This document shows, piece by piece, positions 11,484-22,679 of a DNA stretch of 38,171 nucleotides. The position numbers and the translations under genes are program-made. Source of the DNA: Octopus bimaculoides (Eukaryota); assembly GCF_001194135.2 (NCBI RefSeq), contig NC_068987.1, positions 9,841,770-9,879,940 of the forward strand, read 5' to 3'. The notes below the pieces were generated by a model. That model searched no databases and was not told where the DNA came from. It worked only from the letters and a program-made list of their open reading frames with translations. Position 1 is the first letter of the stretch; the number at the start of each line of letters is the position of its first letter.

Positions 11484-12215
11484 AGATTTTGAGTTTGGTC
11501 CCACTGCGTGGAACCTTGGGCAAGTGACTTCTGCAATATCCGCGGCAAGACCGGTGCCTTGTGAGTGAATTTGCTAAACGGAAACTAAGTCTGTCGTATA
11601 AACATACACATGTTTATACAGGTATGTGTGTGTGTGTGTGTGTGTGGTGTGTGTGTGTTCGTGTAGGTCCCCTACCACACCGCTTGGCTACCGGTATCGG
11701 TTTGTTTGCATCCCCTTAACTTAACAGTTCGGCAAGAATTCGATAGATTAATGACAGAGAAGGCAAATAAATAAATAAATAAATAAATAAAAAATAAGAT
11801 GATTCGTTCGAATAAACCAGGGCTGGCCAACCCGAGGCCTGCGGGCCGCATGTGGCCGCAGACTTTTATCTAGCGGCCCGCTTGATATTTTTTGAAATGC
11901 CTTTATTTAAACAAACATTTTAAAGATTTTATCAAAAATTAAAGATCGCAATGAAAAGTAAAAACAGAAAGATACTATTTGCAACGATAATATTTCATGT
12001 TGAATCAATGATCATTCCTTCATTATTGAAATAATAGAATGAGAAAGCAAAATGCTTTCAATTCTTTCAGTATACAAGCGGCCCTCAGAAATCTTTCTGA
12101 TATTAAAGTGGCCCGCAATGTAATTCGAGTTGGCCAGGCCTGGACTAAATCCATCAAGGTGGTGCCCCACCATTGACGTAGTCCTATGACTGAAATAAGT
12201 AAAGGGCAAAAGACG
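11484..12215 (+). mobile_element. SINE family D copy split by a MITE (5' part about 11484-11817, tail 12143-12215)
   Basis: It has gtcccactgcgtggaaccttgggcaagtg, an internal (TG)n and gtttgcatccccttaacttaacagttcggcaa. The tail actaaatccatcaaggtggtgcccc..atgactgaaataagtaaa resumes directly after the MITE. Confidence 0.8.
11818..12142. mobile_element. Non-autonomous hAT-type (Charlie/Buster-like) MITE, 325 bp
   Basis: 14 bp TIRs CAGGGCTGGCCAAC / GTTGGCCAGGCCTG (13/14 match). Flanks are 8 bp imperfect TSDs gaataaac / gactaaat with a central TA. Subterminal gcggcccg/gtggcccg motifs occur at both ends, and there is no coding capacity. Confidence 0.85.
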
Positions 12216-12680
12216 AAAAGTAACGTGTGGCCGCATGTTGAGTTACCCCAGATATGGTTGTGCTTTATCAACGACAAAGCAAATCTACTAGTAGACCAAA
12301 ACTTTTGCAGAAACGAACATAACTGAGAGTTAAACATTTAATATCATAAATGGACACAGAGAAGTACCCAACAAAACTTGAATAAAGTAGAATAAAAGCC
12401 TCTGGCAATAACAGCTTAAAATATTTTCTTTGTTTGGTCTTAACAAAAGCTTACAGTAATTAAAACAAAGTTTACTTTTTAATCAATATATAAACAAGAG
12501 TTACCGCCCCTGGCTAGTAACCCTTCAAAAGTTCTTGTTTCTTTATGTAATACTTCTATGTTACCTTCGATGTTTCTTTCCTTTCTTGTCTGATTGATTA
12601 GATTTGTGTCTGTTCTATTATCACAAAACCACTGAAGCTACAACTTCTAAGCTTTTTATCCTTATCAACGATTGCTAATC

Positions 12681-12734
12681 ATGCTGCTGCTGCTGCTACT
12701 ACTACTACTACTACTACTANNNNNNNNNNTACTG

Positions 12735-12782
<48 letters not shown>

Positions 12783-12870
12783 TTACTACTGCTACTACTA
12801 CGACGGCGGCGGCGACGACGACGACGACGACGAACACTCCCACCAGCAAAAACAACAGCAATAATAATAA
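12681..12870. repeat. Compound in-phase trinucleotide microsatellite (CTG-CTA-CGG-CGA-CAA/CAG-TAA), with a 10 N gap at 12720-12729
   Basis: Direct reading; it gives the poly-L/poly-R and poly-V ORFs in the track. Confidence 0.95.
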
Positions 12871-12912
12871 TTGTTTTGATATAGGTAATGAAATTTTAGT
12901 CTGTATCATCTA

Positions 12913-13050
12913 AGAGCCCAGTGCACAACTGGTACTTCCTTTTATCTATCTATAAGGGGTGAAAGACAAAGTTGACTTCGGTAGTGGGGTTTGAACACAG
13001 AATGTATAGAACATGGAAAAGACAAATGCCACTAAACATTTTGTCGGGTG
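12913..13050 (-). mobile_element. Diverged SINE family A fragment
   Basis: cccagtgcacaactggtactt...gaaagacaaagttgacttcgg..tttgaacacagaa is the reverse complement of the A core. Confidence 0.7.
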
Positions 13051-14024
13051 ATTACTGTATTGCAACTTGATTCATTTACGAGTTGCAACTTCGTCTCAGA
13101 GTCGATCCACAGGAAAGTTTCGAACGCAACAACTCAACATCGACCACTAAATGTTAAGGATAACGAGACGAGACAAATTGTTGAAGAAACCACTTAATTA
13201 GTAGACAACTTACCTCACGACAAACTACAAACCGTTATTTACGTTATTCCAAACGTTAACACACCTGTTTTTAGCAGCTAATTAGAATAAAAGAAGAGGG
13301 GAAATTTTTGTCACCGTTTCGGTCTCAGGCCTAGTATTCGGATTAGATAAACGTAAGATAGAATGAACTGAGCTTAAACATAGCTCTAATGATAATTAAG
13401 GACGTGAAAATAATTATTATCAATTATAATCACCAAGCCTCTTCTTGTAGTGATACATTCAGGAAAACAAGTCTCTTATAGTGTTTTCACTATGAAATGA
13501 ATGTTTACCGAATGTTGTGTGTATGGGTGGGGGTAGATGGAGAGATGCATTGTTTTCGCAGTGTTTTTTAGGTGTGAAATATCATAAGAAATATTGGGAA
13601 ATTGATTGAAGAAAATACCAGATAATTTGAGAGAGAGAGAGAGAGAGGTGGGGGAGACAGACAGCTTATTGCTGGAAATTATGGGACACGCCTCGATAAT
13701 TCCAGCTTGTTTGTGTATTAGACTTGACGACAAGAAATGGAACATCTTGAAAACATGTGTGCGACGGATGTACTGACGTACAAGCCCGTGTATAAACATA
13801 ATAAATATAACATACACTCACATACGTACCTATATATGTGTATATATGCACACTCGTGTACAAAAATGCACAAACATATATGCATATATTGTATTTATAT
13901 AGAAATAAACATGCATATTGTCGATGTCATAGAGAATTTTATAAACTTTCCAGACAGCGTGAGCTAATACTTTTTACGCGCGCGTATATGTGTGTGTAGG
14001 AGGTGGGGGAATGTCTCAAACCAC

Positions 14025-14325
14025 AGTTGGGTACTGGGGTCGATGCGGTCGACTTGTCTTCCAATATTTCAGGCGTTGTGCTAAAAGTAGTGAGGATTAT
14101 CATTATTATTATTATTATTAAGGCGGCGAGCTGGCAGTATCGTTAGCACGCCGGACGAATTGCGTAGTGGCATTTTGTCCGTCTTTACGCACTGAGTTCA
14201 AATTCTATCGAAGTCGGCTTTGCTTTGCATCTTTTCATGATAGCTAAAATAAGTATCAATTGAGCACAGGGGTCAATATAATCAACTAACCCCACAAGTC
14301 AATCACTGACCTTGTACTAGAATTT
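14025..14325 (+). mobile_element. SINE A tail ending in (ATT)n (about 14025-14120) directly followed by a second SINE A (14121-14325)
   Basis: tactggggtcgatgcggtcgactt...gaggattatcattattattattattatta is joined directly to aggcggcgagctggcagtatcgttagcacgccggacg. Confidence 0.85.
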
Positions 14326-14764
14326 TAAAAATATATATCAAAGCGTTTAAACTATATGAAGAACGAGAATATATATTGTATAAGATTAGTTTTAACTTCA
14401 TACTGTAGAATATTTTTGTAATTTTTCAACATGTATCTGAGACGATTGGAATATATATTTAAAAAAAAAGACATTTATTTATGGTGTGTATTTCTCTAAT
14501 ACATTCCTTTCGTTTTTAGTAAGTGTTACTGTCTTCTGCCTCTTCCATTTTGATTATGATTTTATGATAAACGTCTGCAGAGCATTGGTGGGCAATATTT
14601 TGAGGAAAAACATTTAATGAGTGGAATTATTTTTTGAGTTATTTTGACAGCTAAATTTTCTCTCGATAAAGGAAGATATAAGGTAAGTTTCTAAATACTT
14701 CTCACTGCAAAGGCAATTTGATCTGAAGGGACTTTTTTCATTAACCGGGTACCGGGTATGTATA

Positions 14765-14975
14765 CGACGGTAGATTGACGGTGTAGGTAGAGCGACAGAT
14801 AAAACGCTTTACACTGTATGATAGGCCGCTTTACATTCTGAGTTCAAGTCCTATCGTGTTCACTTTGTCTTTCAACAGTTCAGATTCAATAATTTCATGT
14901 AACAATCAAGAGATGGTCTACTGTACCTCACATACTCTCAACTTTCTGGCATTGTGCCCAAGTTACAAACAATTA
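14765..14975 (+). mobile_element. Highly diverged SINE family A copy
   Basis: ctttacattctgagttcaagtcct..ctttgtctttca and the tail ctggcattgtgcccaagtta align loosely to the A consensus. Confidence 0.55.
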
Positions 14976-15028
14976 GACACATATATGTGAATACACAAAT
15001 GCATTTTTTATCATATATTACGCAGGTA

Positions 15029-15243
15029 CGGCGGTGAGCTGCCAGAATCGTTAGCAAACTGGACGAAATGCTTGGCGGTATTTTGCCCGTCGCTACGTTC
15101 TGAGTTCAAATCCCGCCGAGGTCGACTTTGCCTTTCATTCTTTCGGGGTCGATAAATTAAGTACAAGTGGAACACTGGGGTCGATCTAACGGACTTATCT
15201 CCTCCTTCAAAATGGCTGACCTTGTAGCAAAATATGAAACCAT
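15029..15243 (+). mobile_element. SINE family A copy
   Basis: cggcggtgagctgccagaatcgttagc...ttctgagttcaaatcccgccgaggtcgactttgcctttcattctttcggggtcgataaattaagtac...ggggtcgatctaacggact. Confidence 0.9.
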
Positions 15244-15567
15244 TCTACATTACGCAGGCCTGAAACATACATATTTAATGATCTCAAAATATGACTATTT
15301 GGTTTGGACTTCATTATTACAGCTTATGTCACTCAATGCTAATACAAACCAACAGGTCGAAACTCCATTTACACAGATACTCTAACAACGATTTGTTGAA
15401 GTTTGTTCCATTTGACTCGGATCAAAAATTCTGGTACCGCGTACCGCTTCTTAGCTTGACACAAGGTGTACACACACAAAGACACATACATGGATACATG
15501 CATACATACATACATGCATGCATACATGCATACATACATGCATACATACATACATACATACATACAT

Positions 15568-15899
15568 TAGGGCCTTCAGTCACGAATGACCATGGGATTG
15601 CACCTAGAAAGTTCCCCTCCGAAGCACAAGTCCATGCAAGGTTGTTTATGGAAGGCCACCAGTCGCTTGTGCATACCAGCCTCCCCTCTCCACGCCACCA
15701 GTGTTATCCAAGGGAAAGGCAAAGGGGCCGATACAGCTTGGCAACTGTGACGTCGCAACTCATTTCTACAGCTGAGTGAACTGGAGCAGCATGAAATAAA
15801 GTGTCTTGCTCAAGAACACAACGCAGCCCGGTCCGGGAATCGAACTCGCTACCTCATGATTGTGAGCTCGACGTTTTACCCACTGAGCCATGCGCCTTC

Positions 15900-15900
<1 letters not shown>
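15568..15900 (-). mobile_element. Full-length SINE family C copy flanked by (TACA)n on both sides
   Basis: The reverse complement has a tRNA-like head gaaggcgcatggctcagtggg...gagttcgattcccggaccggg, then gttgtgttcttgagcaagacactttat. It is homologous to 19790-20152. Confidence 0.9.
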
Positions 15901-15930
<30 letters not shown>

Positions 15931-15994
15931 ACATTTATGTACAGTTTGATGACAGCAAACTACTCATGTTGCATGCTCTAATGCTGTCAATAAG

Positions 15995-16350
15995 TACTGG
16001 AGGTGGAGCATTTGGAAACACGAGGTTTCAAGTTCAGTCCCACAACCTAGCACTTCGGGTAAGTGTCTTTTATTCTAACCCCCAAGCAATCAATGAATTT
16101 GATAACGGAAATTGCATGGAAACCTTTCATGTACGTGTGTGTCTTTGTAGCTGTATTTATCACCGCACCACCCTTGACAACTGGTGTTGGTTTGCTTACG
16201 TTCACGTAACATAACGATTCAGCAATAGAGATCGATAAAATGAATACCAAGCTAAATAAACGTGGGATCGATTTCTTTCACTACACACTTCAATGCGGTA
16301 TCCCAGCAAGGTCGTAGTCCAATGACTGAAACAAGTAGAAGAAAAAAGAA
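15995..16350 (+). mobile_element. Diverged near-full-length SINE family D copy
   Basis: It has gttcagtcccac, cttgacaactggtgttggtttgcttacgt and the tail aatgactgaaacaagtagaagaaaaaagaa. Confidence 0.7.
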
Positions 16351-16669
16351 CAAGATTATTAGAATAAAATAGCTTAAGCAATGAATGGAGTTAATTATAT
16401 AATATTACCGTAAAACGTTTATTGAAGTAAAACAAATATTTTATTTCGCAAAGACGGAAATATGTATTTAAGTTTATTGATTCGTGTTACATCTATTTTT
16501 GAAATTCAATGAAGCTGGATAATCCCGCGGTGATAATTATAAAATAGAAAAAAATAATATAATGTTAGTATTAATTGTTATTATAATATTATAACTTTTC
16601 TCATGTCTAGTTCAGTAGAACTGGATAGTAGGGTTTGCTGTATTATAATCCTTAGATTAATGTGACTAT

Positions 16670-16860
16670 GCACGTATACATACATACATACATACATACA
16701 TACATACATACATACATACATACATACATGCATACATACATACACACATACATACATACATACATACATACATACATACATACACTCATATATATATATC
16801 CGTACATATATATGTATATATGTATGCATATAAACATGTATATGTATATATATAAACATG

Positions 16861-16922
<62 letters not shown>

Positions 16923-17072
16923 NNNNNNNNNNNNNNNNNNNNNNNNNNNNNNNNNNNNNNNNNNNNNNNNNNNNNNNNNNNNNNNNNNNNNNNNNNNNNN
17001 NNNNNNNNNNNNNNNNNNNNNNNNNNNNNNNNNNNNNNNNNNNNNNNNNNNNNNNNNNNNNNNNNNNNNNNN

Positions 17073-17114
<42 letters not shown>

Positions 17115-17175
17115 GGGAGAGAGAGGGCGAGAGAGAGGGGGAGAGAGAGGGAGAGAGAGAGAGGGGGGAGAGAGT
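16670..17175. repeat. Compound (TACA)n/(TA)n/N gap (16923-17072)/(GA)n microsatellite
   Basis: Direct reading. Confidence 0.95.
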
Positions 17176-17702
17176 AATTCAATAACTATCCGGAAGAAGG
17201 AGTCCTCAGTTCCGGAAAGAAGGATAATATATTCTAGAATTGAAACTAAATTAATAATCTGGCAGCGATGTTTCCATACTCACAGAGAAGTCCGCGATTT
17301 TGTAACCGTTCAACTGTATGTATGCACACCCACACATACGTACACACATGTGTATTTTTATACATACATTAGTTTAAATATTATAATCTGGATGAATCAA
17401 CCAGAGATTTGACAGAAAATAACACATGGAATGAATGCCAGGCTACTTCCCGTGCTGTGTATATAAATCAAACCTTTCTCTCATTTAACATGTCATGTCA
17501 GCGACAATTAAATTAGTTTGATTTCGTTGTTTGGTAATTTATTCAGATCTCATTACGTAATCAAATGCTGTTCGGAGGCGAAAAAAGGCTTCTGAATCTG
17601 TTGATAATTGTTTCCGCTTTTGACTCATTGTCTTATATTATCTAGAAATAAGTTGATTTGTGTGTTTACAATAAACCCATTTTCTCTATAACGTATTCAC
17701 AT

Positions 17703-17850
17703 AGGCGGAGGCGTGGCTGTGTTGTAAGAGGTTTCTGGGGAATACGATTCTGGGTTCAGTCCCGTTGCACAACACCTCAAGCATGTGTGTTCTTGTATGA
17801 CTCCGGGCCAAATAATGCCTCGTGGGTGGATTTGGTAGACGGAAACTTCC
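17703..17850 (+). mobile_element. SINE family D 5' fragment
   Basis: ggaggcgtggctgtgttgtaagag...ctgggttcagtccc...gtggatttggtagacggaaact. Confidence 0.75.
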
Positions 17851-18301
17851 GTCCACTCAGGATTACGCGTAAGAAATGATCCACAAGCATTCGTGCAAAC
17901 TTGCCCTCAACTTATTCCATTTGCCAAAAGGTTTACAAGGCACCAACAGGCCTCAGGAAACACATTGGTGTCCATAGGACATGATTACCACTTTATTTTA
18001 CTAACTCCTCATTTGTCGTTCATGACTAAAGGACCCATCACACACACACACACACACACACACACACNNNNNNNNNNNNNNNNNNNNNNNNNNNNNNNNN
18101 NNNNNNNNNNNNNACATATATATATATATATATATATATATTTCGCCATGATAGATCTGAAAATCATAGTCCCAGAGTATCATTACTTTTCCATCCTCCG
18201 GCATAACTTTACTTGGTACATGCTCATACCAGTTCTCTGTTACTTCATGTTGGTATTTACGGCATAAGAGTCACACACACTTTATCGTGGCGGCGCTTGT
18301 A

Positions 18302-18366
18302 CTCTTCTTCTTCTTCTTCTTCTTCTTCTTCTTCTTCTTCTTCTTCTTCTTCTTCTTCTTCTTCTT
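18302..18366. repeat. (TCT)n microsatellite; further (CA)/(TA) runs at 18040-18140 (gap 18068-18113) and (GA)/(TG) runs at 18530-18635
   Basis: Direct reading. Confidence 0.95.
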
Positions 18367-18556
18367 TCCTTTTAATTTGCATGTTTGTTACAATCACTTG
18401 CCGAGGCACACCCAGCCTCCTAGGGCGAGTGAAGGATGAGAGATGTTACAGTATGACTGAAAGCTTGAGGAGAGGAAGTGACAGGGGCAGTAGCGAAATA
18501 TATTCATGTAATACAAAACAGACATGAGTGCGAGTGTGAGAGAGAGAGATAAAGAA

Positions 18557-18596
<40 letters not shown>

Positions 18597-18597
18597 T

Positions 18598-18637
<40 letters not shown>

Positions 18638-19635
18638 CAGAGTATAAAAACTTGTATTTGATATTTAAGCACCGTTCCCATCACTTTGCTAATGTCCGCC
18701 ATAACCTTTGAAGACATAACCGGCAATCCAAATAGCTTCCTTATCGTATAATTTATTTTATTACAAACAACGTTCGGACCAACCTAATGCCAGAAGCTCA
18801 AAATACCGAATGATCTAAATCACGTGCTCATTTCTCTTTGATTCCACATTTTCGCTGCATAGCGTTAATATAAACACGCCTCAGTTCATACATTAACCAT
18901 TCGGTTATCGGATACAAGATATTCACCTTCCGGACCATTTTTTCTTTGCATGTTTGTTTCCTTTCATTTTTACCCCAAGCGTTGATTACTCTGTTTGCTG
19001 CTTCTGTTAAAAAGCTTAATATATATATCCAATTCTTTTATCCGAGGGCTTTATCTTTCTGAGGTTCATTGCTCGCCCCAGTTTTATCCCATCACTATAT
19101 ATATTTTATTGTATACTTTGCCGCAGTATAAAAAGATCCTCGAAATTGTTCCAACACTCTCTGCAACTTAACGAAAACAGTTGCGGTGTTGTTCTCATAT
19201 TCGACACAAATTGAAAGAGATCTGTAAAATCGTTGTATCACATAAAAGGTGTTATATACGAGGATTCTTAATGGTTAGAGATAAAAGCAAAAAATATTTG
19301 AACGAATATTATTGTTGGTACTGCGGAAACAGAAACAGTCACATGATTACGACAACCCTGTTGTATGTAGACTTGCAAATGTGCAGCATTTAGCAAAAAT
19401 ATTGTAAAACTGAAGCATCCTCAAATATTTCGATTTAGAAACACAATCAAAACATACAAAAAAACCTCCCTTGTGAAATTATTCAAATATTTAAATGTAT
19501 TTCTTCGATCATGGAGGCGTCTGACATCGTCAAAATTAAAATAAAAAATTATAACAAGCTTAGCGAACACTTGAACCAGACACCCTTTGCTATAGAAGTT
19601 CGCTTTTACTTCTCTCGTCTGTTACTTGCTTCAGT

Positions 19636-19754
19636 ATGGCCCAGTAGTTAGGGCAGCGGACTCGCGGTCGTAGGACCGCAGTTTCGATTCCCAGACCGGG
19701 CGTTGTGAGTGTTTATTGAGCGAAAACATCTAAAGTTCCACGAGGCTCCGGCAG
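19636..19754 (+). mobile_element. SINE family B 5' fragment (tRNA-like head)
   Basis: atggcccagtagttagggcagcggactcgcggtcgtaggaccgcagtttcgattcccagaccgggcgttgtgagtgtttattgagcgaaaac matches the B copies. Confidence 0.88.
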
Positions 19755-19789
19755 ATTACACCGAGAAAGTAAAGCGAGAAATTTTTTCA

Positions 19790-20152
19790 GATGATCATGT
19801 GTTTGCACCTAGAAAGTTTCCCTCTGAGGCACAAGTCCGGGCAAGGTTGTTTATGGAAGACCAACAGTCACTCATGCATACCAGCCTGGGCAAGGTTGTT
19901 TATGGAAGACCAATAGTCGTCCAAGCGTACCAGCCTTCCCTCGCCACGCCACCGATGTTATACAAGGAAAAGGTAAAGGTCGAGACATCTTGGCACCAGT
20001 GACGTCGCAACTCGTTTTTACAGTTGAGTGAACTGGAGCAAATTCGAAATAAAGTGTCTTGCTCAAGAACACATCACACAGCCTGGACCGAGAATCGAAC
20101 TCACTACCTCATGATTGTGAGCGGGACGCTTTAACCACTGAGCCATGCGCCT
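19790..20152 (-). mobile_element. SINE family C copy with an internal 49 bp tandem duplication
   Basis: It is collinear with 15568-15900. The duplicated units are 19839-19887 and 19888-19936. Confidence 0.88.
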
Positions 20153-21119
20153 GAGTACAAAAATCCAAAATGCTTTATAAAACTTATTTGAAGAGTTAGT
20201 AGATTTTAGAGAAGAGCATGAATCGGAATTAAATCCCTACGCAATGATGACAGAGTTTCATTTGGATGTAATCAGGGCTTCTAAAAGCGAATTTCAGTGT
20301 AATGTAATTAGTCTTTTCTGCTATTTATGTCAATGCTTTTAACGGAAAACTGAGACAAATGGATGGACTATGCGATTCAGCAACGATGAAAATTTTAGTT
20401 TTGTTAAACTAGTTTGGCATCTGTCCGATGTTATGAAATCTGGCGACTTTTCATGAATTAATGTTTCGTATGTCTAAACATCAGAAACTTGAAAATATAT
20501 GCCTTGTACATCGATCACCGATATGATTTTCGACTCAGTTTTTTTGGTATGCAATAAAGAATGGATGTCTGTGAATCCTCAACACCCCAAAAAATTATAT
20601 AAGAAAAAAAACAAACTAATAGTTAGGTGAGTGCAAGCACTATCGCGAGTTCGCGGTTTCGATTCCCGCACTGGGTAATGTGTTGTGTTTTTGAGTTATG
20701 CCCATGGATCCTAAGACTCGAGACGGTAATGTACAGCGGTTGATGATGACGGTGGTGATGTTGATGACGATGATGAAACTACGATGACGACGATGATGAT
20801 GATGAAAACAATATTGGTACGTAGTATAGAAGACAAGAAATTTTATTAGAATTCTAATGCAGGCGCCTATAGAATTATAGAAGAATTAAGAAAAAACACA
20901 ACACTACCACGTAGAAGATGAACGAGAGCAAAAAATTCTTGAGGTGAACCATTCCCTAGAAAAATAAAGGAAGATAATTACCACAATACAAGAATTCAAA
21001 GATGTAGTCAACGACGGCGGACATAATCTAGCTCTTAAGGACTAGCTTCGTGGCAGTTGCACTTAAATTATCTTTTCGATGCAATCTATGTCCTTTTTTG
21101 TTTTTCGTTATTTACAATC

Positions 21120-21680
21120 AATTTATATGTGAACAGAGCAAGATATCCCCTTTTTGAAACTGTAAATAAATTTTCTTTAAGACTTAAAAGCAGTAAATCC
21201 CTGTGATGCAACGCACGTTTTATTTCTGTTTTTTTTTTATTTCGAATATTTACATTCTGGAAGATTTCCGTCTCTGCCTTATTTATATGTAAATATAGTA
21301 TTAAGGGCTACTTCGACTGGCAATCTCTCTCTCTTACAATACTGAGAGCAAAATATCCCTTTTTGAAAGTGTAAATAAATAACCTTTAAGACTGAAAACA
21401 ATAAAGTCTTATGATACACATTTTATTTCTGTCCTTCTTGCTTTCAACTGTTTAGAATCCCAAAGATGTCCGTCTCTATACGTGAACATAATGTTAAGAG
21501 TTGTTTCGAATCTTAAAATTTCTGATAATAGAGAGCAAACCAGTCCTTTTAAAACTATAAATAAAGGTCCTTCAAAAGAATTTTGCCTCTGTTTTTATTT
21601 ATGCTATGTACAGAGTATTAAGGAGCTATTTCGAATTAAAATATGTATCTCTGAAAGCACAGAACAAACTTATATAAAAC
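21120..21680 (+). repeat. Degenerate ~190-210 bp tandem repeat, about 3 units
   Basis: The block gagca..atatccc.ttttgaaa.tgtaaataaa..ctttaagact recurs at 21136, 21346 and 21533. Other recurring blocks are tttatttctgt, aagat.tccgtctct and tattaag.g..t.ttcga. Confidence 0.7.
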
Positions 21681-21939
21681 ACATCACAGAGGTAATTATT
21701 TCTATATAAATTTCGATTTTAGATACCTAGATCATTCATTTAGAGGAAATGTGGTTTAATATTTTTTTCTCAAACAAAAACCTCCTTTAAAATTAAATGA
21801 ATGCTTTGTAGAAATACTGTAAAACCCACTTACTTTTTCTCAATGATAAATTATATGTAAAGAAAAGTGTAAGTGGGAGTTATTCCGTCTCTAACCTCCC
21901 TACCCCCACCAAACTGCCATCGAGAAACATCTTACTTTA

Positions 21940-22002
21940 GAGATTGCCTGGTCCCCTCTCCCAACATTTCGGGCCTTGTGCCTAGAGTAGAAAAGGATAT
22001 CT
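21940..22002 (+). mobile_element. SINE family A 3' tail fragment
   Basis: cccaacatttcgggccttgtgcctagagtagaaaaggatat. Confidence 0.75.
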
Positions 22003-22679
22003 GATATTTTTTTTCTTTTTGTAATTATCATATATAGTACTTGGATGTGATTCCGGTTGAATAATAATAACGTATATGATAATTCCTCATCATAGACACT
22101 CAGACAACATACATACACACGCACATGTGTACACTCACACATACAAACATACACGCATACATAAATACAAACATCGCTGAGAGGACATACATACATGAGA
22201 AGACATGCAGTCCCTGTACGCAGCTTGCCCACAATGTTGATTAAAATTTCTGTGTAAATCGTATAAGTTTTAATGTCGATCTCAATACAGTATTCTTGTC
22301 TGTTGTCTCTAGTCATGCTTTCTTCTAGTTAAACTCTTTCCTTTCGTTCCAGATCCCATACCTGAATGATCTTAGATCACCCTGGGAAGTGCTCTTTTTG
22401 CTAAGATATTGTTTCTTATCATTCTACCACACAGCTTGTGAATTGGAATCAAACTTGTGGTTTATACTGGTTCGTGCGAATTTTCATATTTCGACAACAG
22501 AGTTTTTCACGCCGAGTCTTAAGTCTAAGCTTCAGACCTATGAACTTTCTCTCAAGATTGAGAGTGATATATATTTGAATTTGTGTATGTATGTGTATTT
22601 ATGTATTTATAAAATATGAATTTCTGTAAATACGTATGTATTACGTTATTCATGAATGTTCTCTTCTAGTTTTAATCAT

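Noticed and set aside
21120-21680. Repeat-spacer-like periodicity as a possible CRISPR array (also the 31 bp dimer at 951)
   Set aside because: The context is eukaryotic, the units are degenerate along their whole length with no unique spacers, and there are no cas genes.
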